Source: Geosiphon pyriformis uo1
Lineage: Eukaryota > Fungi > Glomeromycota
DNA: 64,000 bases
Direction of reading: 5' to 3'
NCBI GenBank assembly: GCA_016748015.1
Contig: JAAOMT010000379.1
Coordinates: 172,042 to 236,041, forward strand
Shown: one piece after another, positions 38,256-52,421 of the stretch
Layout of the letters: the number at the start of each line of letters is the position of its first letter
How positions within the stretch are numbered: the first letter of the stretch is position 1
Notes under the pieces: model-generated
The model's input: the letters and a program-made list of their open reading frames with translations, nothing else
Database searches by the model: none
Told to the model about the DNA's origin: nothing
Position numbers and translations under genes: made by a program

Positions 38256-38657
38256 TTAAAACAGTTTAAAAAATATTTCTTTGAAAAGGTTTAAAAAAAT
38301 CCCACCTGTCATTCCGTATCCATCCATTGATAAATCAATATTGTGCTCCTCTAAATGTTTTTCCTCGGAAAAGCTTAAATTATTGTAAAAACTAATCCGT
38401 ACTAAATGCGACACTGGATTTTGCAGATATTTCTGCAAAATTTCTTGGCTTATAAAAGGAAATTGTTGATAAAAGAAAAGATTCGATATTTGGAGAGTTC
38501 GCAATGAAGTGGGAAAGTATGATGAGAGAATATCGAACTGTACCGTTCCGAAAATATAACGAAATGTAAATAATTTCTGAAGACTTTAAAGGCCTGCAAG
38601 TAGCCTAAAGAGTTCATCATCGTAGAGGAATGTTTTCAAATGAATTGATTTGGACAT
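38256..38657 (-). pseudogene. Possible LRR/F-box-type C-terminal remnant
   Basis: SLQKL..PTSLRTLQIS..SHLVRISF leucine-repeat-like pattern; in-frame stop. Confidence 0.35.
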
Positions 38658-38892
38658 TATTCAGACTTAAATAACGCAAGTATCGAGGGGCTGCCCTTAA
38701 TATAATTGCATACTTGATACAATCACTGGGTTTACAGTTTGGTATTAAATTGATAGATTTTGTGAAATCAACACGTACACGCGTTTATCACACTATTTAT
38801 ACTTAATTGACGCGATTTTCTTTTTCCATAAGTCTAATTTTGACTAAAATTCTCCACCGTTAATTTCTTATACTCTACCATTTTTTAAACTG

Positions 38893-39069
38893 TCAAATTT
38901 TGCATACTTCAACGAATCACCAAAACCTTGGTCCATTCATGGATATTCCGAATTTCGGAAAAGACAAAGAGACTTTAGTGGTATTTTCTATAAAGAGAGT
39001 AACTGGCTGAAAATAAATCTGGAAAGAATTATAAATAACAAAGAGAAGTGTTTTAACGAGGAACAAGAA
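38893..39069 (+). repeat. Left arm of a ~177-bp inverted duplication (partner 39968-40143)
   Basis: tcaaattttgcatacttcaacgaatcaccaaa... is the reverse complement of 39968-40143. Confidence 0.92.
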
Positions 39070-39179
39070 TTCCTCTTGTACATATTCATTAAGCTATTTT
39101 ATAAAAAAAATTTGTCAATACAATTCTCTGTTTAGTTATAATTTCAATAACTGTCAAAACCAATTATTAAATTGATATC

Positions 39180-40143
39180 ATACCTCGCCTTCCTCATCTG
39201 TTTCGCATTGTCCAATCGGATCGGTTGATTTTTTTCCATTAGGATTCATGCCCTTACTCCAACTTTCCTGAAAGTTGTCTTCAGTTTTTCGCTTTTTGGG
39301 ACTATTTAGGATATTTGGGAGGTTTATTACAAGTGCATTTATCTAAATAGATAGAAATGAAATCAATTTCTAAAGTTGTAAAAATAATTAAGCAGTAAAA
39401 TAAGGAAAACATATGACAATTACCTGTTCAACACCGTGGGGTTGGTATATACTGAGGAGGTCTTGATGTTGGATATTAATAACGTGTTTTTGGCTGAAAT
39501 TCGTTGCTTCGAACATATGCAAGATGCCATTAACCTTGTAAAAAATTCGTGTTAATCATTAAGATTATCACGATAAAACACACTAATGCCATTTACATAC
39601 ACGTGTCATTTCGATTTGCTTCTCAAGTTCCATTCTTTTTAGTTCCCTTTGGAGATGAACTTCTTTCCAAAAAATGTTAACATTTGGATTTGACAATTGA
39701 TCCTGACAAAAGAGAAATTTCAAAAAAGTTATTAAAAATATAAAGCAAGAAGTATTCCATGATGATCTAGATGCCCTGCCTAGTTATGTTGATGCATTTT
39801 TAGTCATAACAATCTAGAGTACCTAGAAAGTACTCTGTCTAGTCATGACGATGCATCAACAAAAGCACCCTTTAACCATGACAATCTAGAAAATCATCAT
39901 GCAGGTGTATCTAGGTCATGGCAAATACACTTGCCTTCAAGGTAGGAAGCAATAACTTGGCTTGTTCTTCTTGTTCCTCTTTAAAACACTTCTCGTTGTT
40001 ATTTATAATTCTTTCCAGATTTATTTTCAGCCAGCTACTCTTTTATGGAAAATACCACTAAAGTCTGTTTGGCTTTTCCGAAATTCGTAATATTCATGAA
40101 TGGACCAAGGCTTTGGTGATTCGTTGAAGTATGCAAAATTTGA
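39180..40143 (-). pseudogene. Truncated multi-exon hypothetical gene
   Basis: Spliced reading SNFAYFNESPKPWSIHEYYEFRK..|DQLSNPNVNIFWKEV..|..|INALV..DEEGE; no ATG; frameshift/stop in the first exon. Confidence 0.55.
39743..39937. repeat. Imperfect ~195-bp hairpin / MITE-like insertion within an intron
   Basis: Nested inverted pairs ccatga..ctagatgccctgc / gcaggtgtatctaggtcatgg, tgttgatgcat / atgcatcaaca, agagtac / gtactct. Confidence 0.65.
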
Positions 40144-40689
40144 GAGAGAGGAAGGACAGGAAGGGAGAACGAAAAAGAAAAGAAGAGAGAAAGGAAGAAA
40201 GGGGGACGAAAAAATGGAAGGGAAAGAATAAAGGAAAGGAAGCGATAAAGGAAGAAAACCAATAAAGAAGTGAAATGATGTAATTTTAGAACAGCAGCTC
40301 ATCTTAATCAAAAAAGGATTTATAATATCGCGTTGTTTTGATTAAAATTTTTTTTGACTGATTGCAGGGTCTTTAATTATTAATATTATTAATCGCTAAT
40401 CTTTTTTAAGAGCAAAGATAAAGTGGAAGATAGAAAATGTCTATCAAGATCTAACTCCGGACCCCTTAAAATTTTCCTAGGCGAGGAATTTTTTTCATCA
40501 TCTCCCTGCCATATCCCTGTTATCATTATTATTTTTATGAATCTTAATTACAGAACTCATGTGTCAATGTTTGTAAGTATGGAGGGTATTATAGTAGGGA
40601 GATACTATAGGCAGTGCTTCTAAAGGTGGCTGGTGTTATGGTTCCTTTTTTTTCCTCGAAACGAAATAGAAACTGATAATATCTGAAAA

Positions 40690-40965
40690 TTCTGCCAATT
40701 TTTATTGTATGGTAAAGAGGACGGAGTTTTCAATTCTCCGGGAAATGAAAAAATTCAATTATAAGATGCCAAAACATTTGCTTACTGCCAAGATCTCATC
40801 TAAAATATAAACTCCTATGTCCATAAGAGAACTCTAATATTAAATATTATGCATGAAAATCAATGATTAGTTAAAGTGGGCTAAAACCTACAAGCATTGG
40901 ACCAAAAAGGATTAGCAATGCATTCTTTGGGCAGACGAATCAGTTTTAACTTATAAGCCTAGTTG
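40690..40965 (+). mobile_element. Tc1-like transposase N-terminal remnant
   Basis: KWAKTYKHWTKKD*QCILWADES; nucleotide similarity to the 58560-59090 copy. Confidence 0.75.
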
Positions 40966-41025
40966 TTTGGCTTTTTCTTTAATCAAGTCATCGTGACTCA
41001 ACTGATCTTTTATGTGTTAAATAAT

Positions 41026-41361
41026 GATTATAATGATATTTCAATGTTTTTCTCGAATAGATAAGAATGAAACAAAGCTAAAAGTATGAAAGATGTGGCA
41101 ATAAATTTGACCAATTGAAAACTTATTTCAATTATTAAAAAACCCCATCTCATTTACTCAACTGACCCTTAATTATTCTGAAAATAAAAGTGAAAATATA
41201 ACCTAGATAACTTGAATAGAAATGATAAATTATGATCAATTGTAAAATAAAAACAAAGGTTGCTCAAAAGATAATTTTTTTTATGAATATATGGTGTGCT
41301 ACCTTTTTGCAATTTTTATAAATTATTTTAGTTAAAAAATTGTTTCTTTTGTTATTGAAAG
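41026..41361 (-). repeat. Right arm of the ~335-bp inverted repeat
   Basis: Reverse complement of 30921-31255. Confidence 0.92.
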
Positions 41362-44300
41362 AGTTAATAATTAGATTTATAATTAAATTAATAATTAAGT
41401 CAATAATTAATAATATATATCAAGTAATTAATACATATAGCATTCATAAATTTTAATCATAACAATAAAACAGATTTTGATTTTATTATTAAAATTTTTT
41501 TTACCATATTTAATATTAAATTAACTTTATTTAAAAAGCCAAAATATATATATAAATAATATTTATTAAATATAAATAATTTTAATAATTAAAAAAAAAA
41601 GCAGTAAAAAATCAAAAAAATTAGAATTAAAAGTTAAAAATACATGTTTTAAACACTACAAAAAACCAAACAACAATTTTTGTTTTAAAAAAACAATGTA
41701 TTTACTTATTTTTAAAAAAATTGTATTATTTTTTATTTAATAATCAAATTTAAATTTTCTTAAAAAAAGTATTATTATTAAAATTCAAACCATTTTAAAC
41801 ACGCAGCTACTTTAATATTTTTTTTAGAAAATATAAATTCTTATTTTTAAAATTATTTCTGATTTTACCACCAAATTTCGAAATAACAATTTATAATTGT
41901 GAACCAAAAAATAGCTAAAACTATTAATAAAATTTCATATTTAATTTTTAAGTTATTAACTATTTTTAAAATTGTTCTTTAAATTATAAAGCATTGTTTT
42001 TAATAGTTTAACAAATTTAATTTTCAGAATACTTAAATTGTCAATAGTATTTTATAATTATTATTGTTTAACGAATACAGCCAACCAAATCAATATTAAC
42101 AATTATTATAGTTTTTTTATAAATTTAAAAATTTAAAAAAAGAAAACGATATTTATTATGTAATCTAAAAAAATTAAAAAGAGTTTGAGTTTTTGTAATG
42201 TATATAAAAAACAGAAACCTTTTCTAAAAAGTTTACTTATTAGTTGTAATAATTGTTTATTTACATGTTTTATAATTATGAATTTTGAATATATACTTTC
42301 AAATATAAATTTTGTTTTATAAAATTTATATTAAAAGATCAATTAAATTAATAAGTTTAATATTTTTATATTAATATACATTATTACTAATTAAAAAATA
42401 GCAAGTTATAAATATTTTAAATTTGATTTAATTATACAAATAACAAAGTAACAATTTAAAAATAAAAAAAGTATATAACAATAAACAACAACTTATAATA
42501 ACAATAAATAACAGTTTATAATAACAACAAATATTAACTTATAATAAAAGTATTTATTAGTATTACTTAAATAAAAATATTAAAAATATTCAAATATTAA
42601 AAATAATTAGAAATAATTAAATATAATAAATATTTCATATTTTTTATAAATATATATATATATATATAAATAGTATTAGTTAGCAAAAAAAGTATTTAAT
42701 AATTAAAAAATTAAAGAATTAAAAACTATTTTTACTTTTAATTAGACTTATTTTTAGTTTAATAAAAAATATTCAATTATAATCCATAAATTCAAATTTT
42801 GGTTATTATGTTTAAATATTTTTGGTTATCTTTATTTATTAAAAAATGTTAAAATTATAAACCAACAAATATAATTAATCTAACTTTTATTTTATTTTAT
42901 TTTTTATTTCTATTTTTTATTGTTAAAACTAACTATTTGAAAAAATAAAGTATTAAATATGTTATAATAAATAACTTAATAACAAACACAAACTATAAAT
43001 ATAGAATTAACTTATTTAAAATAACTTATTTTGAAAAGTAATAAAACACTAAAAAAAATTGTTCAAAAAAGCAGAAAAAGTTAAACATATAATTATTAAA
43101 AACAAAAACAATAGTTAAATCTCTGTTTTTTATACAAAAAAGTTTATTATTAGATCTTTAATTAAACAAAATCTTTAGATTTATTATATATATTATTATC
43201 TTAATAGAACAATTAATCAAAATAATAAAAATACAAATTAGCCATACATATATTAAAATTATAAATAATATATAAAAATACAAAAAATATAAGCAATTTT
43301 TTGAATTATTTTGTTGTGCTTCGACAAGTTATAAAGCGAAAAAATAATTGTTTTAAGATTTTAATTGGTTTATTTTATTCATCATAGCACACATGTATAT
43401 AAAGAATACAAGATTTAAATTAATTTTACTTTTTAAATCATTAAGAAAGTATTTTTTATTAAATAATTGTTGTCAAAGTTTAGGAGCAAGCTTTTATATA
43501 AAAATTAAATTTGAATTTTTATCATTCTGAAGAATAAACTATTTACCCTTTTAAAGTTTTAACCTTAATTATTCAAGATGCAATGACAACTATTATTAGA
43601 TATTTTTTAAAAGCATTTGCCAAATTTAAAAATCAGGTATAAATTTAATTATAAAAAAAGGACCATATTATTTAACGGAAATAATTTAAAAGTTTGCTAA
43701 TTAAATATTAATATATACGAATAATGTTTGTTATTAAAAACATAAAATATGCTTTAATGTTATTTTTTTTTTTAAAAAAAAATTTTTTTTGTATTTTACA
43801 CTTATTTTAATGTCGTTTGCTAAGTATAATTTTTAATAAATAAATAAAATTATTATGTATTCTATGAAAATAATTTATAATAGAATCAATTAAATGTTTC
43901 ATTTAAAATAATCAAATAAAAATCTTTTAATAATTTATTTTGATTTTTATTTTCATAACTTATTTGGTAACTAACATCAACAAAAACTTTAATTAGCCTT
44001 CTTAAACGTCAAAATGTTTTAAAAGAAATGTCTTCAGAACAATTTTTTATATGAAGGTTGAATTTGATAATAATCCTCATGAAAATGAGTGAACATTAGT
44101 ATACAATTAAAAGGTATTAAAAGTATAAAAAAAAAGTATAATCAATTTGACTACATTCTTAAAACAATGCCTGGTAACATTTAACTTCTAATTGATTATA
44201 CAGATTTGAGATGCAGTAAGCCAGCAAAAATGTTATTTGTTTTTTTTTACCAGGTTTTCATATTTAAAATTCCCATGGTTTTTCAACTTTACTAAAAAAT

Positions 44301-44939
44301 ATAATACATGTTTAAAATTATTATCATAAATAGAAAATTTTTTTTTTACAATGCGAAAAAGTTAGATAAAAACAAATTAAAAATAAATCCAGATTTTGAA
44401 GATTTATTTAGAACAATATAGAATTTTTAAAACAGTTTGTATTTTATTAGTTTCAAAAAAAGGAAATCGACAAAGAGAGGTACTAAACTTAATTTTATCT
44501 GGCTAATTTTTTCTTTAAAGCTAGGTCAAAATTATTATACATTTTATTTGCAAAATTTTTTCGTGAATTCAGATTCAATCTAATAGCTAACTTATAATGG
44601 AAACAAAATCTAAAATTTCTAAGCCATAAACCAAGACAAATTTAATTGGTCATTTTTTGTTGAAGCGTAAAAAATTGTCTCAATGATATTTTTATCATGA
44701 GAATTTTGACTCTTATTATTTTTTTAATCTTGAGAATTATCAATCAACTTCTTTTATTGAAAATGTCCTACATGAAAGAAACTAGTCTATTCATCTCATG
44801 TATATATAATAAGAGATTTCATGAAAATTTTAATATATGCGTAAAACACAATTTGAAACTTGATCCATTTTAAATTTTACTGCATATTTAGTTATCAATT
44901 TTTATGCTATATTTTCTTTTACATTAATCCGCGAAGCAA

Positions 44940-45600
44940 GCCACTCAAATGGTAAGATAAAAATTTTTCTGAAAAAGGGTCCAATCTTTGATATTTCATG
45001 AACTTTGAAACTCAGTCAACGAGCCTAAGGAATGTCCTCAATATATCAAAAAACCGATTTATAATAAAAATAATATTATCAAGATGATAATGATGAAAGT
45101 GGTAGATTCAGGCATTTGAAAAATGTTTTAAGACAAGTTAGCTAGCAATGGAGCGCTAGTATTAAACTGAATTTATGATAAATATTGCCAGATTTTAACG
45201 ATAATAAAATCCTTGACCTGAATACTAAACGGTTTCTTTCAACTATGAAAATTAACTTTTGATTGATGAGAACGATATTATTTCCCAAATCAAAATCAAA
45301 AGACAAAATACAGAAAACTAAGTATTTTCTTTTTAAAATCTTTAGACAGTTAAATATTTAAAAAAATTTCAATTTATTCAAATTCCAATTTTTTTAAAGC
45401 TCTTGAATGTCTTTGGCCTAATTGATGGATTTTGGACATTAGCAATGGGATTTTAAAAGACCATTTTTTGGGTATTTTCAATTGTATTATTTTTGAATTT
45501 CTACATTTGAATAATTAGGCATTAAACTATTACAACCATGGGGAATCTTACAGAGGTTTTGTGGAACAAAAAAGATCTTTGATCAAACTTATCTTCATGA
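44940..45600 (+). pseudogene. Decayed remnant of a membrane-protein family with a PWG motif
   Basis: LNVFGLIDGFWTLAMGF*..|IKLLQPWGILQRFCG resembles, from recall only, a TM+PWG hypothetical family of early-diverging fungi; many stops. Confidence 0.3.
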
Positions 45601-48256
45601 ATTTCTTTTAATTATCCCATTCATTTCAATCTGAATGGCAAATCACCAAGCCAATCATGAAAATTTGGATTGTATGTTGGAAAACGTCAACTAATAGTTA
45701 AATGATTTGATATTAATGGATCACATTTAAAGTATATAAGTCGACTACCAATGGAACTAACCTCCAGGAAAGATCCAAATAAAAGTTTGTGTCTTAATAA
45801 ACTTGATTTTTAGCAAACAAATACTAGAATGTTGGTGATAGTTCCTGAGCATAGTGAATAACAAGTTTGAGCAAAAATACCATATATTTTAATGCTAATT
45901 TCAAAATCATGATAATCAAATTAATATATGTAGATATGCAGTATATAAAATAAAGATATTAAATTAATAATACCAATTAACTTTAAAAATGTATTGTTAA
46001 AAGAACTTTTTCTGACAAGTCTTAATTAAACAACTTTTATCAGATTTGTAGTTAATTTGTCTGTAATTATGATAATTTTATTATGATCTTGAATTAAATA
46101 AATGTTTTAATAATAATTATAAATATGATATATGAATAATAAACAGAGGAATAATTATTTTTTTTGAAAAAGATGTTATCTTGATATCAAATTCAGAAAA
46201 TAAAATAATAAATATCTTTGTTATTTTTTAATTTACAATTTCACATTTAGAATTTTTTAGTGTCATCAATTTTTTGCTAATTTTTTTAATATTAATACTT
46301 TTTATGAAACAAAATTTTTAAGTAAAATAGAATATAATAAAAAAACTTTTTATTTAAAAATTCAAATCATTTTTCTTGGATTGTATTTTCAAATAATATT
46401 TTTATAAAAATACAATTATGAAATCAAATAATTAATATATGTTAATAAAATATAAGGGGATAACTGAATTTTTTGTTTGAATAATATTTTATGCATTGAA
46501 ATAGATTCAAGCAAAAGATATTTAAGTGTTAATTTTCTTATATAATTTAGCGTTGGATATAATTTATTAGCTCGTTAAAGGTTTAATAAATTTTTCTAAC
46601 AATATTTCTTAAGTAATGAATCTGTTAAATCAAAATTCAAACAGATAGTACACTTTTTATAAAATTCAAACTAACTAATAAAGTTTTATTTTTATGAAAC
46701 CAAATAGTTCGTTTTTAAAGCTTTAGAAGTGCTATTTTAATATTTTTGAACAGTTAAATCGGTTTTTAGTTGTTTTTTCCTTGCAAATTTTTTTCTTTTA
46801 AACGCAAAAGCGTGTAATTTCAATTTCAAATTTTTTTTTTTTGAAAAGTAATTTAATATTTTTTAAATAATATATATTGTTAAAATAGACTTGAATTTCA
46901 TTTATAATTAAAGTTCATATTAATTTTTTTATTCTTAATTATTTGTACAAGCAAAGATATGCCATCATTTTCTATATTAGAATATTCTTCTTTGTAAACA
47001 ATATGTATACGAAAATTTTTTTTCAAATGAAATTCAAGTCATTTGAAATTTAAGAATATATCATTAGTACCAAGTTATATTAGAACGATGCTTTCTATGT
47101 GTGTATTTTAATAAGAAGAATTACTTTTATCAGTTAAAAGATAACAAAGACAAAGTTACAATTGGTATTAGAAACAATAATATTTAAATAAGTTTATCTT
47201 TCCCGTGTATAACTCTTAAAAATAAAAAAATCGAACACAAATTTTCTTTTTCGTGTTCAATTTCTTCCCGTGAGTGAGCTGAAACTTGAAACAAATTAAG
47301 GGGAAAATTTATTGGGTTAGATTTTGGACAATCACTTGTGGAATTCAAATTGGGTAGAGTTTAAACTGTATAATGTTCGAAATTAGATTAGCTAAAATCA
47401 AAAATCATACAAATCTAAAAGCACACTAGTCTATGATTGAAGAAATTATTCCCCAAATTTAGTTTATAACCTTTTAAAAAAAGGGGAGGGGGGAGGGGAG
47501 GGCGGTTTCTCTAACAATTGATTATTTTATCAGCCATTATTTTAAGGCATCAAAAAATTGTCAATGGCGTTAAAAGTATGAAAATTGTGCCTTTTTACCA
47601 TATTTATCTTGATCCTTTAAAAAAAATATCCTCAATTTCTTGTCCAATACATGTATTTACTATGAAATTTTGTCAAAAAGACATTGTCGGTACCTATTTT
47701 AACCAAAACTACTTTATTCCAGCGAAAAAAGAATTTCATTTATGATTTTTTCTGTAATTTTCACGTGTAATTGCAAGATTTAATAGTGTAGAGTAACTAG
47801 TATTCAGGGTGGTACATTGTCGCCCAAACATTATTATGTTTCTCACATATCAGCTATCATTTTGTTTGAATGAATCCTTTATTTGTAATACCTCATTATT
47901 TTATTAGCTATCGCTGATCAATTCTCAAAAAGTTTAATAGGTTCTGTTCGAAATTCTACACAATTTTCCTTTGATACCTTCTCAAAATACTGGCGTACGA
48001 TACTTTATTAAACTTTGAAGGAAATTGTATCTGAACATATTTTAATAATGGGGACATCATCCTTACGATATCTTGCATTTTAAATTTTCAAAATGATTTC
48101 AGTTAAACTAAAACGTTTAAATCTATTCCGTTTCTAAAGACTTTTATGAAGTTTTCTTTATTGATTGGGTAGAAAATTTAAAAGTCTAATGTTTGGGTTC
48201 AGAGTTCAGCCTTTCATTACTCATTAAACTGAAAAACTATTTCATTTATTAATTTT

Positions 48257-48291
<35 letters not shown>

Positions 48292-48509
48292 TATAATATA
48301 TAATGTTCAAACAAAAATTTCATACAAATTTTTTACTATTAAACCTTTGAAATAAATTCAAAAATATGTTTTCTTTTTAGTAGAACAAAAAAATTTTATT
48401 TAACGCCTAATTCAAAATTGAACACAAAAATTTTAATACTATTCTAATTTATTTAATTTTTTACAATTTATACACCAAATAAAAAATTATATCTAATTAA
48501 TACTTTTTC

Positions 48510-48830
48510 AGCCTTTTAATAATACTGCTTAAATCTTCCTTGGCATTGAGTTAATAACTTCTTCGAGAACAGAGAGAAATCTAATTTTTCTCATTTCTCC
48601 TTTAACAAAATTAAAATTTTGACTATAAAACTCGGAAATATTACATGTTTTTGGATATTGTTCTTCAATAGCTTTCAAATGTTTTCAAATTTTTTAAATT
48701 CTTTTGCTACTTGTCAATAAAGTGTGGGGTCACGTCCAAGCATTTTGCGATTTTAACGAGATTTATATTTTCCATGTATTCGTTTGTCAATTTCGTTTAA
48801 ATGTGTTCAAAAGTGGATAACATTTTTTTA
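48510..48830 (-). mobile_element. Tc1-like transposase C-terminal remnant
   Basis: ENI*KLLKNNIQK..VLEEVINSMPRKI*AVL, the typical Tc1 terminal SMPxR motif. Confidence 0.55.
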
Positions 48831-51800
48831 CACAAAAATATTTATTATGTTTGAGAGTTATAAAAAGTAACAAATGTCAAATTTATTTTTTTAAAAAATC
48901 GAGAAAAAACTTGATAACTTGATTCTTTAAAAGTGGGTTACATATGCAGATCGAACATTACTTTTTGGGAGTACTATACATGTATAATTATGTTTGTGTG
49001 CGTGTGTGTGTGTGTGTATAGATTTCAATTTTCTTTAACGAATTTAAATTAAACCTTTTTCATGCATTGTAATGTTAAATTTAATAATGCCCAGTTTTAA
49101 TTCAAATATATATTAATTTTATCTTTTCAAGAAGCATGAATTCTCGGTAAGTAAATGTAGAGTATAAAATTATTTTTTAAATTATTTTTTACCTTAAATA
49201 GCTAAACTCACTTTCGAGACGTTTATCTCTTGTGATAATAAAGTACATGTATAATGAATACCCAATTTTCTCAATCAGAATTTAAAATTCATACAGAAAA
49301 TGGGGAGATTAATTTATAATGAATTAATTGTGAATAGAAAAAGATGGTTCATTTCCAAAAAAAAAAAAAAAGTTAATTTGTTAGGAAAATATGAGCACTT
49401 GTTATCATTTTTCTTATTCATAGCTGAATATTCACCACCAAATTTTGAAATTGCTTTTACATTTCTTTCTATTCTACTCTCTCAAACTTTGGATACTGTT
49501 CTTTGCAAAATATCCTTGTCATTCTCATATTACTAAAATTATAAACCATGATTTGAGTTATTCATTCACCACCTTAAAATTAGAACAAAATGGGTTTTTT
49601 TTTTGAAATTTTCTTTGACGATTTTGTGTTTCACAAAGTTGACGGTTCTATCTCATTCAAACTGGTTAGATGCAGCATAACATCATCGGTAAGACCGGAT
49701 ATTACATTTTATTATGCATACTGTCCGTATACATGTACAAAGAACTTCTAAAATGATAACTTTGAGGCACTCTGTATGACTATGTATTAATTATGTCGAA
49801 TTTTCAGGAGAAATGTCTTATTCGTCTTTCATTTTAGGAAGAAAATTGGTTATTGAAAATTACGAGTTTCAATTTCATGACTTATCACAAGTTAAAAAAA
49901 CTTTTCTTTAAAACACATATCAAGCTTTTTTGTGTATAAAAAATAGCCCATTTTGCACATTAACATTTAAAATTTTTACTGTACGACGGAATAAATTTTT
50001 TTGACAAGACATGATAATGATAACTCGTTAAAAATTTAATTTTCTGGTTTTGCTATAGTATTAAACCTACCTTCTATTTTTAATTTCCTTAACTTTTAAA
50101 TACATCAATCAAATCATCAAATTTAAAGATATCTAATCTTTTGATTCATTTTATAAATATTTAATGATTTTATTTTTTAAATTGCTCAATATCAAAAGTA
50201 TAAATAAGTAAATTGATTATATCAATTAATTTTATTAATATTAATCATGTATCATTCTACTCTATAAAATCTTAATATTTTAAATTTGTTTTTATATTAA
50301 AAAGTTCAAAGTTCTGAAATTGAAAATTGTTTTAACTGATTTATTCCCAGTTTTTGAAATTAAAATTTTCCCTAATGAAAATTAAAACCGTTTTTCCGCC
50401 AAAATCAACCAATTTTCTATTAAATTTTTTGTTCATTCTTCTTCTTCTTCTTCTTTTAAATTCAATCACAGCGCATTCATCTAAAAATAAAAACTAAATC
50501 CAAGAAAGTGAACATCCAACATCAACCGAACCAAAATTATTATTTGATGTTCTTTTGACAAAATTAAACACTTTATTTAAAGTATCTATTCAAAAATCAA
50601 AAGGATATGGATTCAATTTGGCAAAAAATGTGTATTGAAAACCAATCAAGATATCAAAGGCACGTTTTTGGACTTGATTGATTGATTGATTGATTCATTT
50701 GAAATGCAACATGTTTTAACATAAGAAATGGGATTTATGTTTTCTAAAAAGAAAAAAGGAATCCAGTATAAATCCATTTTACTTTTAAAACTGAAAGATT
50801 CAAAAATGAAATTTCAAAAATAGTTATTCTAAAAAAATTATCAATCTAAATTTAACTGTATTAAAATTTGGGTCATTTGACTAGTAACAGTTAGGATTTG
50901 TAAATACAGTATATTTAGCCTAATAAAGTAATTTTTTAATCAGTTAATTAAGAAGAATGACTGACTTCTATTATCTTTTTGGATTAAGTTAAATTTATCA
51001 TAAATCGCTTATAGTAAAAAGGTATACTCTTTAAAAGAATGAGAATTTTCAAAAAAGAAAGTTATTTACTTTAAAGAATAAACAAAAATCGTGTTAAACT
51101 TAACATTAATAATTGTAATCTTTTCATAAAAATTATTATTATTTTTCAAGAAGGATAATGTGTTTTCTTCCATTCAATGGATTCTCTGAAAATTTTGAAA
51201 GATCATTTGACCACTATCTAAAGTTCGATCACAAACCGATGAAACTGCTATCCGATTCTCATGAACAGTAATCGTTGCCTTTTTCACAAAAATAAAAAAT
51301 CATTTCTGGATCACCATTGTTACATCCTCCATTTTTTTAAGGATTTTCCATGTATTAGGAGATGATGAAACGAAACAATCGGAAAGATATTAATTTTTTT
51401 TCTTTTAAACCAACTTTTAATTATTAATAAAACTAAGATTAGAAATCAAAAATATGTTTAAATTTTTGACATCATTTCCTTTTCAGATTGATAAAAGTTC
51501 CTTTAAATCCAAATTTGATCCAAAATAACCTGCCAATCAAATTCAAAAGAGTTTTGAACAACACTTTTTTGAAACTACTTTTAAGAATTTCTTTTTCGAA
51601 TTCAAACAAACTACTATTACTTACTACCTTCACAGAATGAAAAAAAAATTGGTCATTATGCATGCGCAAACGATGCATTCTACCGTACCCTGAATGCTTT
51701 ATGAGCTTTGTAAGACTACCGTTTCACAAATGCCCAATATATATCATTAAAAATGTTTCAATGGCCAAATTTAAAACCGGAAAAACGATCACAAAATTTT

Positions 51801-52421
51801 TAACTTGTAATGATATCAAAGGCTTTTTTTTTTATGAGTCCCTAGCCTACTCCTACTTTGAACATCTATTTATGGGCGACAAATAGTAGTTTGGGTTCAT
51901 TAAATTGGACTCTTACAATCACAATTATTAGTTTTTTTTTATGTGAATCATTTCTATCAGTAATATGTGTTAGTGATGATCATGATCATAGCATATATAA
52001 ATCATTTCATTTTAAAAATCAATTATTCAAAATATTATTTATCTAAATATTTTATATGTGAAAGGATATCAAATTTTTTATCAAATAATTATTCGGATTG
52101 ATACACATTGTATTATATTAACTTATTATGGCTGTGTTTGTTTGTGTGTCCAACAACAGGCTAAATCATGAATTTAATGAGGCCTTAGTTCCGTGTCTTT
52201 ATTTAAGATTTGGTATGATAAATATTTGTTCAGGTTCAAGAGACACTGAAAAAATTTGAGTTTTTACAAGTGAGATAAAATTAACGAAATTTAAAAGAAA
52301 GCCTATATTTCTATTTTTCATAAATAATTATTTTCAAATTTAAGCTCTTTCCTCGTTAAAACTTTAAAAAATTTTGCCATTTTCATTTTTTTTTAAATCT
52401 AATTTTTCATTAAACTCGAAA

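Noticed and set aside
41400-44500. Extremely AT-rich tract as a centromere or origin
   Set aside because: Nothing beyond composition supports it; more simply explained as decayed transposon DNA.
49300-52046. Short ORFs in intergenic DNA
   Set aside because: AT-biased composition, no motifs and no consistent splice structure.
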